A stretch of 64,000 nt of DNA from the NCBI GenBank assembly GCA_030266105.1, contig JAJDHH010000002.1:6396-70395 (forward strand). The letters run 5' to 3'. Source of the DNA: Eubacteriales bacterium OttesenSCG-928-K08. GTDB taxonomy: Bacteria > Bacillota > Clostridia > Christensenellales > CAG-138. The translations under genes were made by a program, and so were the position numbers. Below the pieces are notes generated by a model. The model saw only the letters and a list, made by a program, of their open reading frames with translations, was not told where the DNA came from and did not search any database. The first letter of the stretch is position 1. Each line of letters opens with the position of its first letter. Shown in pieces: positions 1 through 10,011 of this stretch.

Positions 1-54
1 GAGCTCAATATCATCTACAACAAGCAGTTTTTTTCTATCATCGTTGACCGGCAT
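1..54 (-). CDS. response regulator receiver domain, N-terminal fragment (gene runs off the window start)
   Basis: The reverse strand has ATG at 54..52 and then reads MPVNDDRKKLLVVDDIEL, a typical CheY-like receiver start. A purine-rich GGAAAGGAA lies just upstream. It sits directly downstream of the hybrid kinase on the same strand. Only 18 codons are visible. Confidence 0.4.
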   Translation of the reverse strand, partial: MPVNDDRKKLLVVDDIEL

Positions 55-139
55 CGGAGTTCCTTTCCATCATGCGTGTTCACGCCCTGTACATTATACA
101 CCATAGTTAAACGCTTTACAAAGGGTTTAATCTGCAGTT

Positions 140-3100
140 TTATCCTAAATATAAGGATAATTTATCCATCAAATCCTCCACATCGATAGGCTTGGCGATG
201 TGGTTATCCATGCCTGCTGCAAGGCAGGCTTCAACATCCTCTTTAAAGGCGTTTGCAGTCATTGCGATTATGGGGATGGTTTTTGCGTTATAAAGCCCTG
301 AATTGCGTATGCCCTTTGTGGCGCCCATGCCATCAAGGTCGGGCATTTGCACATCCATCAAAATGAGGTCGTAGCGGTCGTTGTTGCGCTGATACATATC
401 CACCGCCTGCACGCCATTTTTGGCGCATTCGATTTTAACGCCCGTGTCCTCAAGTATGCTCATGAGAATTTCGCGGTTGATCTCAATATCCTCCGCAAGA
501 AGTATCGTTTTATTCTCCCAGTTGGATACTTCCTGGCCGGAGTTGTAGTTATCGTCCATGCCGGGGTATTCGGTCAACTCAACGATTGTGTTAAACAAAA
601 GCGATGGCTGGATTGGCTTGGCAAGAAAATGCTGCACGCCTGCCTTTAGTGCATCACCCTTTAATTCGGACCAATCCGCAACAGAAATCATAACGATTGT
701 GGTGCTGCCATCCATCATGCGGTTGATTTCCTCAGCAGCCTGTGCGCCTGAAACATTCGGCATGTTCCAGTCGAGGAAAATGAGGTCGTAAGGGCGCCCG
801 CTTTGCAGCGCTGAGACCGCCATGTCGATAGCTTCCTGCCCATCGCTTGCGCAATCGGCATCCATTTTGAAGCCCTGCAGTATGCTCTGGAAGTATAGCA
901 GCACATCCTCATGATCGTCAGCCACCAAAATGCGAAGGTTGCTGCGCGGGCTGCGCGTCGCCGGCTCAAGCGTTTCGTGGCCAAGCTTTATGTCCACCTC
1001 GAAAATAAATGTGGAGCCGTTGCCCTTTGTGCTTTCCACCCAGATATCCCCACCCATAAGGGTTACGATCGTTTTGCAGATTGCAAGGCCAAGCCCTGTG
1101 CCGCCAAAGCGGCGGGTGATGCTGCCATCAGCCTGCTCAAAGGATTGGAAAAGCCGCTCTTTTTGGTCGTCATCAACGCCAATGCCCGTGTCCTGAACCT
1201 CAACGTGGAGTATTGCGCTGTCATCATCCGTTGGGGTTTGGCGCATGCGCAGGTTGATCTCGCCCTCCTCGGGCGTAAACTTAACCGCGTTTGTTAGCAG
1301 GTTAACTATCACCTGTGTGAGCCTAAGCTCATCGGCAATAACATTGCGGCCAAACATATCCTCAAAATCGAATGAGAATTTTTGATTTTTCTCCTCGATT
1401 TTGACGTTTATCACGTTGAAAATATTGCGCATCATTTTGTTGAAGTTAAACTCGCGTGCAACAATTTCAAGCTTGTTTGCCTCTATTTTGGACATATCGA
1501 GTATGTCGTTTATAATGCCCAGCAGCTGCTGCGAGGCGCCATCGATGCGGTTGAGGCTGTATTGAATTTTCTCCATTTCGTCCGATTTGCGGGCGATCGC
1601 CGTCATGCCTATGATTGCGTTCATCGGCGTGCGGATTTCATGGCTCATGTTGGCTAAAAACTGTGTTTTCGCCCTTGCGCTCTTTTGTGCAGCCTCCTTT
1701 GCGGCGATGAGGTTGATTAGCCCCTCGTTGCGCAAAATGGAGGAAACGAATAGCGTTGTGGCGGAGGTGAGTATGCTTTCCTCCGCGCTTGAAAATGGGC
1801 GCTCCTTGCTGCAATCGTCCAAACTGAGGAAACCCCAAAACTCGTTGCTGTGGCGTATGGGTATCATCAGCGTGGAAATCACAGGGTAGGGGGAGAACTT
1901 GTATTTTGCGGCGAGCGTTGTTTGTGGCGGGGTGCTAACGCTGCTGTTTGAAATTAGCGTATCGTGCCACTCGGGCACATTGCTATAAATAAGCAGGCGA
2001 TCTTCCGGTGTTTTTTTGTAGGAAATATCATCTCTGGACCAGCAGAATAGCTGCTGGCTTGCGCTTTGGCCTTCATGCTCGCAGTTTTTCCAGAGCGAAA
2101 CGATATCCACACGCATAGTTTCGCCAAGCAGCTTTAAGCAGCTCCACATTGTGGGGTCAAAATCATCAACATTTGCCTCAAGCAGCGTGGTTGCAACGCC
2201 GTTAACATCGCGCAGCAGTTTGTCCTGCCGCTGAAGCTCGCTTTTTGCCTCCTTGAGCTGCTTAAGGTCAAGCTGATAAACCGCGACAACAAAATCCTCT
2301 TTATAGGGGATTTTTTTCATAACAAAGCGCATGGGTGTTGATTGCCCGTTGAGGTTTAGCTCTGTTTCAAATTCAAGGTAACCTTCCTTGATCGTTTGAG
2401 CAATGCGCTCAGTCAGCGGCACGGAGGGTTTTCCATCCGGCTGATAATCGGGCATGTTTTTATGAATCAACGGCAAAATGCCGGCCAAAAGCTGCTCTTT
2501 GGTTTCAAAACCAAGGTATGCAACAGTCGCCGGGTTACAATCGATCGCGTTAAGGTCTTTATCAAAAAGTATGTTTACGTAGGGGTTGGCATCAAAAACG
2601 GCATGGTTCATCTGGCGGGCTTCATCGAGCTTTTTTACCGTATTTTGAATTTCCAGCTGCAGGCGCACGTTATATTGTTCGTTTTCATGCAGCAGCTCCT
2701 CGAGCTTTTCCTCGGTCAGCTTCATGGCGGTGATATCCAACGATCCGCCTAAAATATGCAAAGGCTCTCCGCGATAATCCCACTCGACAATTCTTCCCGA
2801 ATCGAGGAACCAAATGTATTCGCCATTTTGTTTGCGTATGCGGAACTTGTGTGAGTATTGATCCGATTTGCCGGAAAGATAGTTTTCAAACGCTTCATGC
2901 GCATCGAAATAATCGTCAGGATGAATCCAGCTGCCCCATTCCTGGAGTGTGGCCTGCACCGTGTCGTGGCTAAGGCCAAGCATTTGAATGTATTCCGGGC
3001 TGTATAATATGCGGCTGTTTTTAATGTCGTATTCCCATGTTGCAAGGCCCACCATGTTAGCAATGAAGCTAAGGTGCGCGTTTCTTTGGCTAAGCGCGTC

Positions 3101-3553
3101 CTCGGTTTGGCGAAGGTGAGTGATATCCTGCAGCACGCCCACAAAGCGCACGGGCTTGCCCTCATCGTCCCATTCGGTCACGATGCCCTTATCCTGCGCC
3201 CAGATTATGCTGCCATCCTTGCGGCGCATGCGAAACTCCGCAATGTATGATTGTGTTTCGCCGCGCAAATAACGGTCGATAGCCTCGTTGGCGGAGCCGA
3301 TGTCCTCATCAAGCACCGCGTTTTCCCAGGAGTCGAGCGTTGGCTCAAGCTCGCCTTCATCATAGCCTGCAATGCGCTCCCATTCGCGGCTGTATATTAT
3401 GTGGCCGCTGCGCAAATCCCAATCCCACAGGCCAACGCTTGCTCCGCTTAATATTTCATCGAAGTAATTCGCAAAATGCGCCCTCGCGCTGCTTACGCTC
3501 GGGGCGCTCCCTTTACTTGGGGCGGAGGAATTATCCTTTTTATCGTGATGCAC
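140..3553 (-). CDS. soluble hybrid sensor histidine kinase (multiple PAS, GAF-like, HisKA, HATPase, two receiver domains)
   Basis: 1137-aa ORF with a GGGAGG SD upstream of the ATG. PAS-like repeats are present (LWDWDLRSGHIIYSREWERIAGY; ATWEYDIKNSRILYSPEYIQMLGL). H-box is FLANMSHEIRTPMNAIIGM. ATPase boxes are DTGIGV and GGTGLGLAI. Two REC domains follow (ILVADDHEDV...LDWNMP and ILLAEDIEINREIL...LMDVQMPDLDG). No clear TM segment. Confidence 0.9.
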   Translation of the reverse strand: MHHDKKDNSSAPSKGSAPSVSSARAHFANYFDEILSGASVGLWDWDLRSGHIIYSREWERIAGYDEGELEPTLDSWENAVLDEDIGSANEAIDRYLRGETQSYIAEFRMRRKDGSIIWAQDKGIVTEWDDEGKPVRFVGVLQDITHLRQTEDALSQRNAHLSFIANMVGLATWEYDIKNSRILYSPEYIQMLGLSHDTVQATLQEWGSWIHPDDYFDAHEAFENYLSGKSDQYSHKFRIRKQNGEYIWFLDSGRIVEWDYRGEPLHILGGSLDITAMKLTEEKLEELLHENEQYNVRLQLEIQNTVKKLDEARQMNHAVFDANPYVNILFDKDLNAIDCNPATVAYLGFETKEQLLAGILPLIHKNMPDYQPDGKPSVPLTERIAQTIKEGYLEFETELNLNGQSTPMRFVMKKIPYKEDFVVAVYQLDLKQLKEAKSELQRQDKLLRDVNGVATTLLEANVDDFDPTMWSCLKLLGETMRVDIVSLWKNCEHEGQSASQQLFCWSRDDISYKKTPEDRLLIYSNVPEWHDTLISNSSVSTPPQTTLAAKYKFSPYPVISTLMIPIRHSNEFWGFLSLDDCSKERPFSSAEESILTSATTLFVSSILRNEGLINLIAAKEAAQKSARAKTQFLANMSHEIRTPMNAIIGMTAIARKSDEMEKIQYSLNRIDGASQQLLGIINDILDMSKIEANKLEIVAREFNFNKMMRNIFNVINVKIEEKNQKFSFDFEDMFGRNVIADELRLTQVIVNLLTNAVKFTPEEGEINLRMRQTPTDDDSAILHVEVQDTGIGVDDDQKERLFQSFEQADGSITRRFGGTGLGLAICKTIVTLMGGDIWVESTKGNGSTFIFEVDIKLGHETLEPATRSPRSNLRILVADDHEDVLLYFQSILQGFKMDADCASDGQEAIDMAVSALQSGRPYDLIFLDWNMPNVSGAQAAEEINRMMDGSTTIVMISVADWSELKGDALKAGVQHFLAKPIQPSLLFNTIVELTEYPGMDDNYNSGQEVSNWENKTILLAEDIEINREILMSILEDTGVKIECAKNGVQAVDMYQRNNDRYDLILMDVQMPDLDGMGATKGIRNSGLYNAKTIPIIAMTANAFKEDVEACLAAGMDNHIAKPIDVEDLMDKLSLYLG

Positions 3554-3626
3554 TTTTTACCTCCCGTGCGGCCGGTTTTGCGCACAAACAATAGAGCGGC
3601 ATGCGTTTTGAATGCCGTCTCACTTC

Positions 3627-3655
3627 ATATTACATAGGGCATTTTGAATTGTCAA
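3627..3655 (-). promoter_or_regulatory. sigma-A type promoter for the hybrid kinase
   Basis: Reverse strand reads TTGACA, a 17-nt spacer, then TAATAT, about 75 nt upstream of the kinase ATG. Confidence 0.55.
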
Positions 3656-3752
3656 ACTCTTTTGTGCTTTTCCAAGCAACGCGGGCGCAGGGCAAATAAA
3701 GAGGCGGCGGTTGTAAAGCACACAAAAATGCTGTGACGCATTCATAACCCAC

Positions 3753-4469
3753 CTACTCAAAAAGCGGCGCAGAGCCAAATTCCGCTAAGATTGCCGCCGC
3801 TTTGTGTCTTTCGCTTTCTACTATAACATTGCCCGATGAAGGCGAAACGAGCCTTACGCCGCCCTTATAAACATGCGCCTCGGCTGTGATGCCGGCGCTT
3901 AACAGCGCCTGCTCGATTGCATCGATGGTATCGAGCAAATCGAAGGAGGGCTTGATATCATCCTTAATTCTTTCAAAAAGGCAGTCGTTGTAATTGCTAC
4001 TGATCTTGCCGCCTCTAAGCGCCATCGTTTCTTTGCTGCTCATTTTGCAGGCGATAAAAGGGTGAACGAGCCCATCAAATGAAAAGCCGCTGTGCAGCTG
4101 CACGGGGTCGCTTAAGTTCAGGCCGGTTGCGCAATTGTTATAACCGCGCAAAAAAGCCTCCTTAAGCGCAAAGAGCAGAGCGTTTTGCTTGCAATTGGCG
4201 CAGCGTATGCCGGGCGCGTCGCAAAAATCGCGCTCCTCCAAGGTGTCCGCAGAAATAACGATGTGCTCAACTTGTGCAAGCTGTGCGATGCGCTGCGCAA
4301 GCATAATGCGTGAGGTTGGCGTGCATGTGCCCTTGATTGTGATTGCAATTACGCGTGCCGGGCCAAGCGCTTTGACAGTTTCGCGCAGTAAAACGGCGCT
4401 GTCCGGCCCGCCGGACAGTGCAAACGCAAGCTTATCAAATTGTTTTAAGTAACCTGTAAGCGTAGGCAT
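3753..4469 (-). CDS. PP-loop ATP pyrophosphatase of the LarE / TIGR00268 family (sulfur transferase-like)
   Basis: PP-loop FALSGGPDSAVLL; an RCANCK motif (the family's RCxxCK); C-terminal region ...NDCLFERIK...IDAIEQALLSAGI...VRL resembles the LarE C-terminal domain. It starts 3 nt after the guaB stop, so the two are probably co-transcribed. Confidence 0.65.
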   Translation of the reverse strand: MPTLTGYLKQFDKLAFALSGGPDSAVLLRETVKALGPARVIAITIKGTCTPTSRIMLAQRIAQLAQVEHIVISADTLEERDFCDAPGIRCANCKQNALLFALKEAFLRGYNNCATGLNLSDPVQLHSGFSFDGLVHPFIACKMSSKETMALRGGKISSNYNDCLFERIKDDIKPSFDLLDTIDAIEQALLSAGITAEAHVYKGGVRLVSPSSGNVIVESERHKAAAILAEFGSAPLFE

Positions 4470-4472
4470 ATT

Positions 4473-5990
<1,518 letters not shown>

Positions 5991-6042
5991 CTATAATTGA
6001 AGTCAAGCCCCGCTGCACCAACGATTCAAAATCGGCGAAGCC

Positions 6043-6071
6043 TGTACAATACATTTTACAAATGGTATAAT
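6043..6071 (+). promoter_or_regulatory. candidate promoter of yebC
   Basis: TGTACA, 17-nt spacer, TATAAT, with TGG immediately 5' of the -10 (extended -10). It lies 35 nt upstream of the ATG at 6106. Confidence 0.5.
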
Positions 6072-6105
6072 TTTCGCTAAGTGAACAATCGAGGGAGGGG
6101 CAAGC

Positions 6106-6837
6106 ATGTCCGGACATTCCAAATGGGCTAATATCAAAAACAAAAAAGAAAAAACCGACTCGCAACGCGGCAAGATATTTACTAAAATTGGCCGTGAAAT
6201 CGCAATTGCGGTAAAAGAGGGCGGGGCGGACCCGAATAACAACTCCAAGCTTCGCGATGTAATCGCAAAAGCAAAGGCAAACAACATGCCTAACGACAAC
6301 ATCACCCGCTCAATCAAAAAAGCGTCGGGCGAGCTGGGCAGCGTGAATTATGAGGAATGCACATACGAAGGTTATGGCCCGGGGGGTCTGGCGGTTATCG
6401 TTGAGGTGGTGACGGATAACCGCAACCGCATCGCCGCGGAGATGCGCCACATATTCGACAAAAGCGGCGGCAGCCTTGGAGCTTCCGGTTGCGTGAGCTG
6501 GATGTTCGATAAAAAGGGCGTAATACTTATCGAACGCGATGCGGATATGGATGAGGATGAAATTATGCTGGCTGCGCTTGACGCGGGCGCGGCGGATTTT
6601 GTCCCGCAGGATGATGTTTTTGAAGTGTATACCGAACCGACCGATTTTTCCGCAGTTCGCGAAAAGCTTGAGCAGGCGGGTTTAACTTTCCTTTCAGCGC
6701 AGATAGATATGATTCCGCAAAACAGCGTAACAGTCTCTGACCCTGAGGCGATAAAAAAGGTCGAAAAATTCCTGGATTTGCTCGATGATAACGATGATGT
6801 GCAGGATGTGTTCCACAATGGGGATATTGATGAATAA
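6106..6837 (+). CDS. yebC: YebC/PmpR family DNA-binding transcriptional regulator
   Basis: The N-terminus MSGHSKWANIKNKKEKTDSQRGKIFTK and overall length (243 aa) match the YebC/PmpR family. Confidence 0.9.
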   Translation: MSGHSKWANIKNKKEKTDSQRGKIFTKIGREIAIAVKEGGADPNNNSKLRDVIAKAKANNMPNDNITRSIKKASGELGSVNYEECTYEGYGPGGLAVIVEVVTDNRNRIAAEMRHIFDKSGGSLGASGCVSWMFDKKGVILIERDADMDEDEIMLAALDAGAADFVPQDDVFEVYTEPTDFSAVREKLEQAGLTFLSAQIDMIPQNSVTVSDPEAIKKVEKFLDLLDDNDDVQDVFHNGDIDE

Positions 6838-6880
6838 CAATCGCTCCGGTGGCGCGCAGCCGCAAAACAGGAGGTACTCC

Positions 6881-7696
6881 ATGCGTTTTAAATCAATCGC
6901 CTGTGTGTCGCTTGTGTTTGTGCTGCTGCTTGGCTCAAGCTGCAAAACTCAGGAGGAAATCACACAGCAGCAGAACCAGCAAAACAAAACCACACAGGAA
7001 ATTGTAATCAAGCAGGAGCTTGAGCGCGAGCAGCGCACGATGTCTGTCGTTGGCGTGGGTAAGGTGTATGCCGACCCGGATGTTGCCACAATCAACGTTT
7101 CTGTCGTTAATCAGGCGGAAACCGTTGAGGAAACTCAGCAGCAAAGCGCTTTGCTTATGGAACAGGTGCTTTTAGCAATCCGCGAGCAGGGGATCGCAGA
7201 CTCAAACATCCGCGTGCAGGAGGTGACGGCCCCCGTGCACGATAACTCCAAAAACCCTTCAGAGGTGACGGGATACAGCATCACAAACAACATAACAATT
7301 AAGCTGAGCAATGTGAAAAAGACGGGCGATCTTGTAACATCCATGATACTGACAGGCGCGGAAATTTTGCAGATTGAATATCACCTGCTTGATGAAACCG
7401 TGCATTACCAGCAGGCGCTTGCTTTGGCCGTGGAGGATGCGCAGGATAAGGCGCAGATTATGGCGGCCTCAGCCGGGGTCGATCTGCAGGGCCCTGTGGC
7501 AATGCAGGAGGATATTGAGGTGATGCAGGCAATCACAAAGGTGATCGCCTACGAATCCCCAACCGTATCCGTGCAGGCCACGGAAGATGGGCTTAGCCCG
7601 ACTTCACAAATTCAGCCGAGCCAGATTACGGTTGCTGCTGAAGTATCCATCGATTACATGGTTAAATGGCCCGGTTCGCCTATACCAGCCGCCTGA
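6881..7696 (+). CDS. SIMPL (DUF541) domain secreted/lipoprotein
   Basis: Start trimmed to MRFKSIACVSLVFVLLLGSSC (signal peptide with a lipobox-like LGSSC), with AGGAGG 6 nt upstream. The body (VVGVGKVYADPDVATINVSV...) resembles the SIMPL / 26-kDa periplasmic immunogenic protein family. Confidence 0.75.
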   Translation: MRFKSIACVSLVFVLLLGSSCKTQEEITQQQNQQNKTTQEIVIKQELEREQRTMSVVGVGKVYADPDVATINVSVVNQAETVEETQQQSALLMEQVLLAIREQGIADSNIRVQEVTAPVHDNSKNPSEVTGYSITNNITIKLSNVKKTGDLVTSMILTGAEILQIEYHLLDETVHYQQALALAVEDAQDKAQIMAASAGVDLQGPVAMQEDIEVMQAITKVIAYESPTVSVQATEDGLSPTSQIQPSQITVAAEVSIDYMVKWPGSPIPAA

Positions 7697-7812
7697 TTAA
7701 CCATTTAGCATGCACAAACACCCTACGTAAACGACATTTTTTCCAATTTAGCGCATGAACAGGCATCCCATCCGCATAGGTATTGTATGAGTAAATGCGG
7801 GGAGGCGTGAGT

Positions 7813-8697
7813 ATGCGCGTTTTTGTTCTGACTAAAAAAACGTTGATTATTGCGGGAGTTGCTGCGGTGGTGCTAATCGCAGGATTGGTGCTGGCGCTTG
7901 TGTTGGGCGGCAATGACAAAAGAATTGGGGAGCCAACGGCAGTGGGCGCTATGCCTTACGAAAATTATGAGCTGGAGGTGCTTGCGGGCAAGCACAGGGA
8001 GCTGCCTGTGTATAATGTGCAGCGCGATGATAATAAAATCGCGCTGACGATCGATGCTGCCTGGGAGGACGACAGAACCCCATTTATACTTGATGAGCTG
8101 GATCGCCAGGGCATCAAAGCCACATTTTATTTAACAGGCATTTGGGTGGATGAATACCCTGAGCATGTTAAGGAGATTGCGCTAAGAGGCCACGAGCTTG
8201 GCAACCACACGGATAAGCATCCGCACATGAATCAGCTGGGCGCGGAGGATATTAAAAAGGATGTAAAAACGCTGGATGATAAAATTGAGAAGATCACCGG
8301 CGTTAGAACAAAAACATTCCGTGCGCCCTATGGGGAATATAACGATCTTGTTATAACAACGCTGCGTGCGATGGGTTATGTGCCTGTGCAGTGGAATCTT
8401 GATACTATCGATTGGAAACAGGAGCGCTCCACCGAGCAGATATTAAACTCAGTGGTGCCAAAGCTTTCGTCAGGCTCCATAATCCTAACGCACAATAATG
8501 GCTACAAAATCGAAGAATATTTGCCATTGCTTATCAATGCGGCAAAAGAGCAGGGTTATGAGTTTGTTACGGTTAGCGAGCTTTTGCTCCCGGGCGACAC
8601 CATGATCGATGTAAATGGCGTGCAAAAGCCAGCGAGCCTGCAGCCTGCCTCGGCTGATGAAACATTTAACGAGGAAGGGCTTATAGAGGAAAAATAG
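7813..8697 (+). CDS. polysaccharide deacetylase (NodB homology domain), membrane anchored
   Basis: N-terminal TM anchor. NodB-type motifs are LTIDAAWEDD, RGHELGNHTDKHPHM and FRAPYGEY. GGGAGG SD upstream of the ATG at 7813. Confidence 0.85.
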   Translation: MRVFVLTKKTLIIAGVAAVVLIAGLVLALVLGGNDKRIGEPTAVGAMPYENYELEVLAGKHRELPVYNVQRDDNKIALTIDAAWEDDRTPFILDELDRQGIKATFYLTGIWVDEYPEHVKEIALRGHELGNHTDKHPHMNQLGAEDIKKDVKTLDDKIEKITGVRTKTFRAPYGEYNDLVITTLRAMGYVPVQWNLDTIDWKQERSTEQILNSVVPKLSSGSIILTHNNGYKIEEYLPLLINAAKEQGYEFVTVSELLLPGDTMIDVNGVQKPASLQPASADETFNEEGLIEEK

Positions 8698-8736
8698 ATC
8701 TAAAGAGCTATACTTAATAAGCAAGGCTTTGAGCGC

Positions 8737-8770
8737 GGGGCAAATCAGGCTATGATTTGCTCCGTGTTTT
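8737..8770 (+). terminator. intrinsic terminator of the deacetylase gene
   Basis: GGGGCAAATCA / TGATTTGCTCC stem (one G-T pair) with a 5-nt loop, followed by GTGTTTTT. Confidence 0.7.
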
Positions 8771-8782
8771 TAATGCAAAAAC

Positions 8783-8820
8783 GGGCAAAAAATAACAGGA
8801 GCCGTAAAACGGCTCCTGTT
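8783..8820 (-). terminator. intrinsic terminator (minus strand)
   Basis: Perfect 11-bp stem AACAGGAGCCG / CGGCTCCTGTT. On the minus strand it is followed by ATTTTTTGCCCGTTTTT. Confidence 0.75.
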
Positions 8821-8857
8821 CAATAAATTCCGTCCGGTTATCTGCTGATCCAGCCGG

Positions 8858-8887
8858 TTGCCCTGGCCGCCTGGAGGCAGGTATGAT
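8858..8887 (+). promoter_or_regulatory. weak candidate promoter for the 29-codon ORF
   Basis: TTGCCC, 18-nt spacer, TATGAT, about 45 nt upstream of the small-ORF ATG. Confidence 0.3.
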
Positions 8888-8933
8888 GTACAAAGTAGTT
8901 CGTTAGGTGTCTTGTAAGGAGGAAGAACAGTCA

Positions 8934-9023
8934 ATGAAGAATACTGTTGTTTCCCGGACGGAAAGAAAAATATCCTTTTATTGCTTTTTGTTGACCCTTG
9001 CAATCCTTGCAACATTATTGTAA
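8934..9023 (+). CDS. candidate small hydrophobic peptide (29 aa: MKNTVVSRTERKISFYCFLLTLAILATLL)
   Basis: AAGGAGG at 8916-8922, 11 nt before the ATG. A charged N-terminus is followed by a 17-residue hydrophobic tail. The ATG sits in the loop of the AACAGT/ACTGTT hairpin. Too short for the ORF track. No homology evidence available. Confidence 0.3.
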   Translation: MKNTVVSRTERKISFYCFLLTLAILATLL

Positions 9024-9045
9024 CACCGGGCAATGTGTTTTACAA
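9017..9045 (-). promoter_or_regulatory. candidate sigma-A promoter driving transcription antisense to the small ORF
   Basis: Reverse strand reads TTGTAA, 17-nt spacer, TACAAT, preceded by an A-rich tract. The -10 overlaps the small-ORF stop codon. Confidence 0.45.
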
Positions 9046-9119
9046 GTGCTTTTTTGAAATATTTCTCGCTTTTTTCTGGTTTTCGGGAGAAAAAATTGCA
9101 AACAAATTATGAACGAAAT

Positions 9120-10007
9120 TTAATAATTGTTAATTGGATCGTCATAAAATTGTGGTACGTATGTTTCAGTTGCGCTGGATATGGATTGTATATATACATT
9201 ATTGAACCCCAGTTGTATGCATTCGTCCACAGCGCTTTCGTATTCTCTTTGTGTTAACCTGCGGTTTAGCGGGGGCTCAAGCGTGCTCGATGGTGGGAAA
9301 TACTGCCCCATCAGTGAAACAAACATGCCTTTTGAATATGTTTCAAGAATATATTTGAGCACATCGCGCGTGTTTTTAAGGTTGCCGGGCAAAACGAGGT
9401 GACGTATAAGCATTCCTTTGAGCGCAATGCTGTTTTTATCCAATTTGAGATGGCCGACCTGACGAAACATTTCATTAAGCGCAGCGCTCGCGTGCTCAAA
9501 ATAGTTTGGTGCGGAAGAATAACGCTGGCTTTTTTGCGCGCAAACGTATTTAAGGTCGGGCAGGTAAATATCGATGAGGCCATCGAGGCTTTTAAGCGCA
9601 TCAACACTATCATATCCACCCGTGTTGTATACGGTTGGAATGCTAAGCCCTTCTTCTTTTGCTAAAATAAGCGCTTCACGAATGGTGGATATATGCGGTG
9701 TTGGCGTAACGAGGTTTATATTGTGCGCACCCTGTTCCTCAAGGCGCAGAAAAATTTCGGCAAGAGTGTGCGCGCTCACTTCGGATCCTTTTTGAGCGGC
9801 GCTGATGGAAACATTCTGGCAAAAAACGCAGCTAAGGCAACAGCCCGAAAAAAACACCGTGCCGGAACCGCTTGAGCCGCTTATTGGCGGCTCCTCCCAA
9901 TGGTGCGGCGCAAAACGCGCCACGCGTGGCAAAGCGCCTGCTCCACAATAGCCGGCGCTTATTTTACGATCCACTTTACAATGCCTGGGGCAGCAGTTGC
10001 ACTCCAT
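9120..10007 (-). CDS. radical SAM protein, PflX-like (COG1313-type)
   Basis: N-terminal CNCCPRHCKVDR...GYCG motif; HHWEEPPISGSSGSGTVFFSGCCLSCVFCQN contains the CxxxCxxC radical SAM cluster motif. Confidence 0.85.
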   Translation of the reverse strand: MECNCCPRHCKVDRKISAGYCGAGALPRVARFAPHHWEEPPISGSSGSGTVFFSGCCLSCVFCQNVSISAAQKGSEVSAHTLAEIFLRLEEQGAHNINLVTPTPHISTIREALILAKEEGLSIPTVYNTGGYDSVDALKSLDGLIDIYLPDLKYVCAQKSQRYSSAPNYFEHASAALNEMFRQVGHLKLDKNSIALKGMLIRHLVLPGNLKNTRDVLKYILETYSKGMFVSLMGQYFPPSSTLEPPLNRRLTQREYESAVDECIQLGFNNVYIQSISSATETYVPQFYDDPINNY

Positions 10008-10011
10008 GCGC

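Larger units (their letters stand above)
8783..9010 (-). ncRNA. candidate antisense/stand-alone sRNA (about 225 nt) between its own promoter and terminator
   Basis: Bounded by the TTGTAA-17-TACAAT promoter at 9017..9045 and the strong terminator at 8783..8820. It contains an 8-bp long-range pairing (CCGTCCGG 8830-8837 with CCGGACGG 8954-8961) and an internal hairpin AACAGT/ACTGTT. No downstream gene on this strand. It could also be the 3' UTR of the radical SAM gene. Confidence 0.3.

Noticed and set aside
8822-9010. Whether the structured minus-strand segment is a known housekeeping RNA (SRP RNA, 6S RNA, tmRNA) or a riboswitch.
   Set aside because: It has no GGAAGGAAGCAGC-type SRP domain IV motif, no tmRNA tag reading frame or tRNA-like ends, and no extended 6S-like rod with a central bubble that I could build. 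There is no gene downstream on that strand for a riboswitch to control. It is kept only as an unclassified candidate sRNA.
8770-9033. 87-aa minus-strand ORF in the track covering the same intergenic region.
   Set aside because: It has no SD, runs through the terminator hairpin, and has an odd composition. The promoter/terminator structure and the plus-strand mini-ORF explain the region better.
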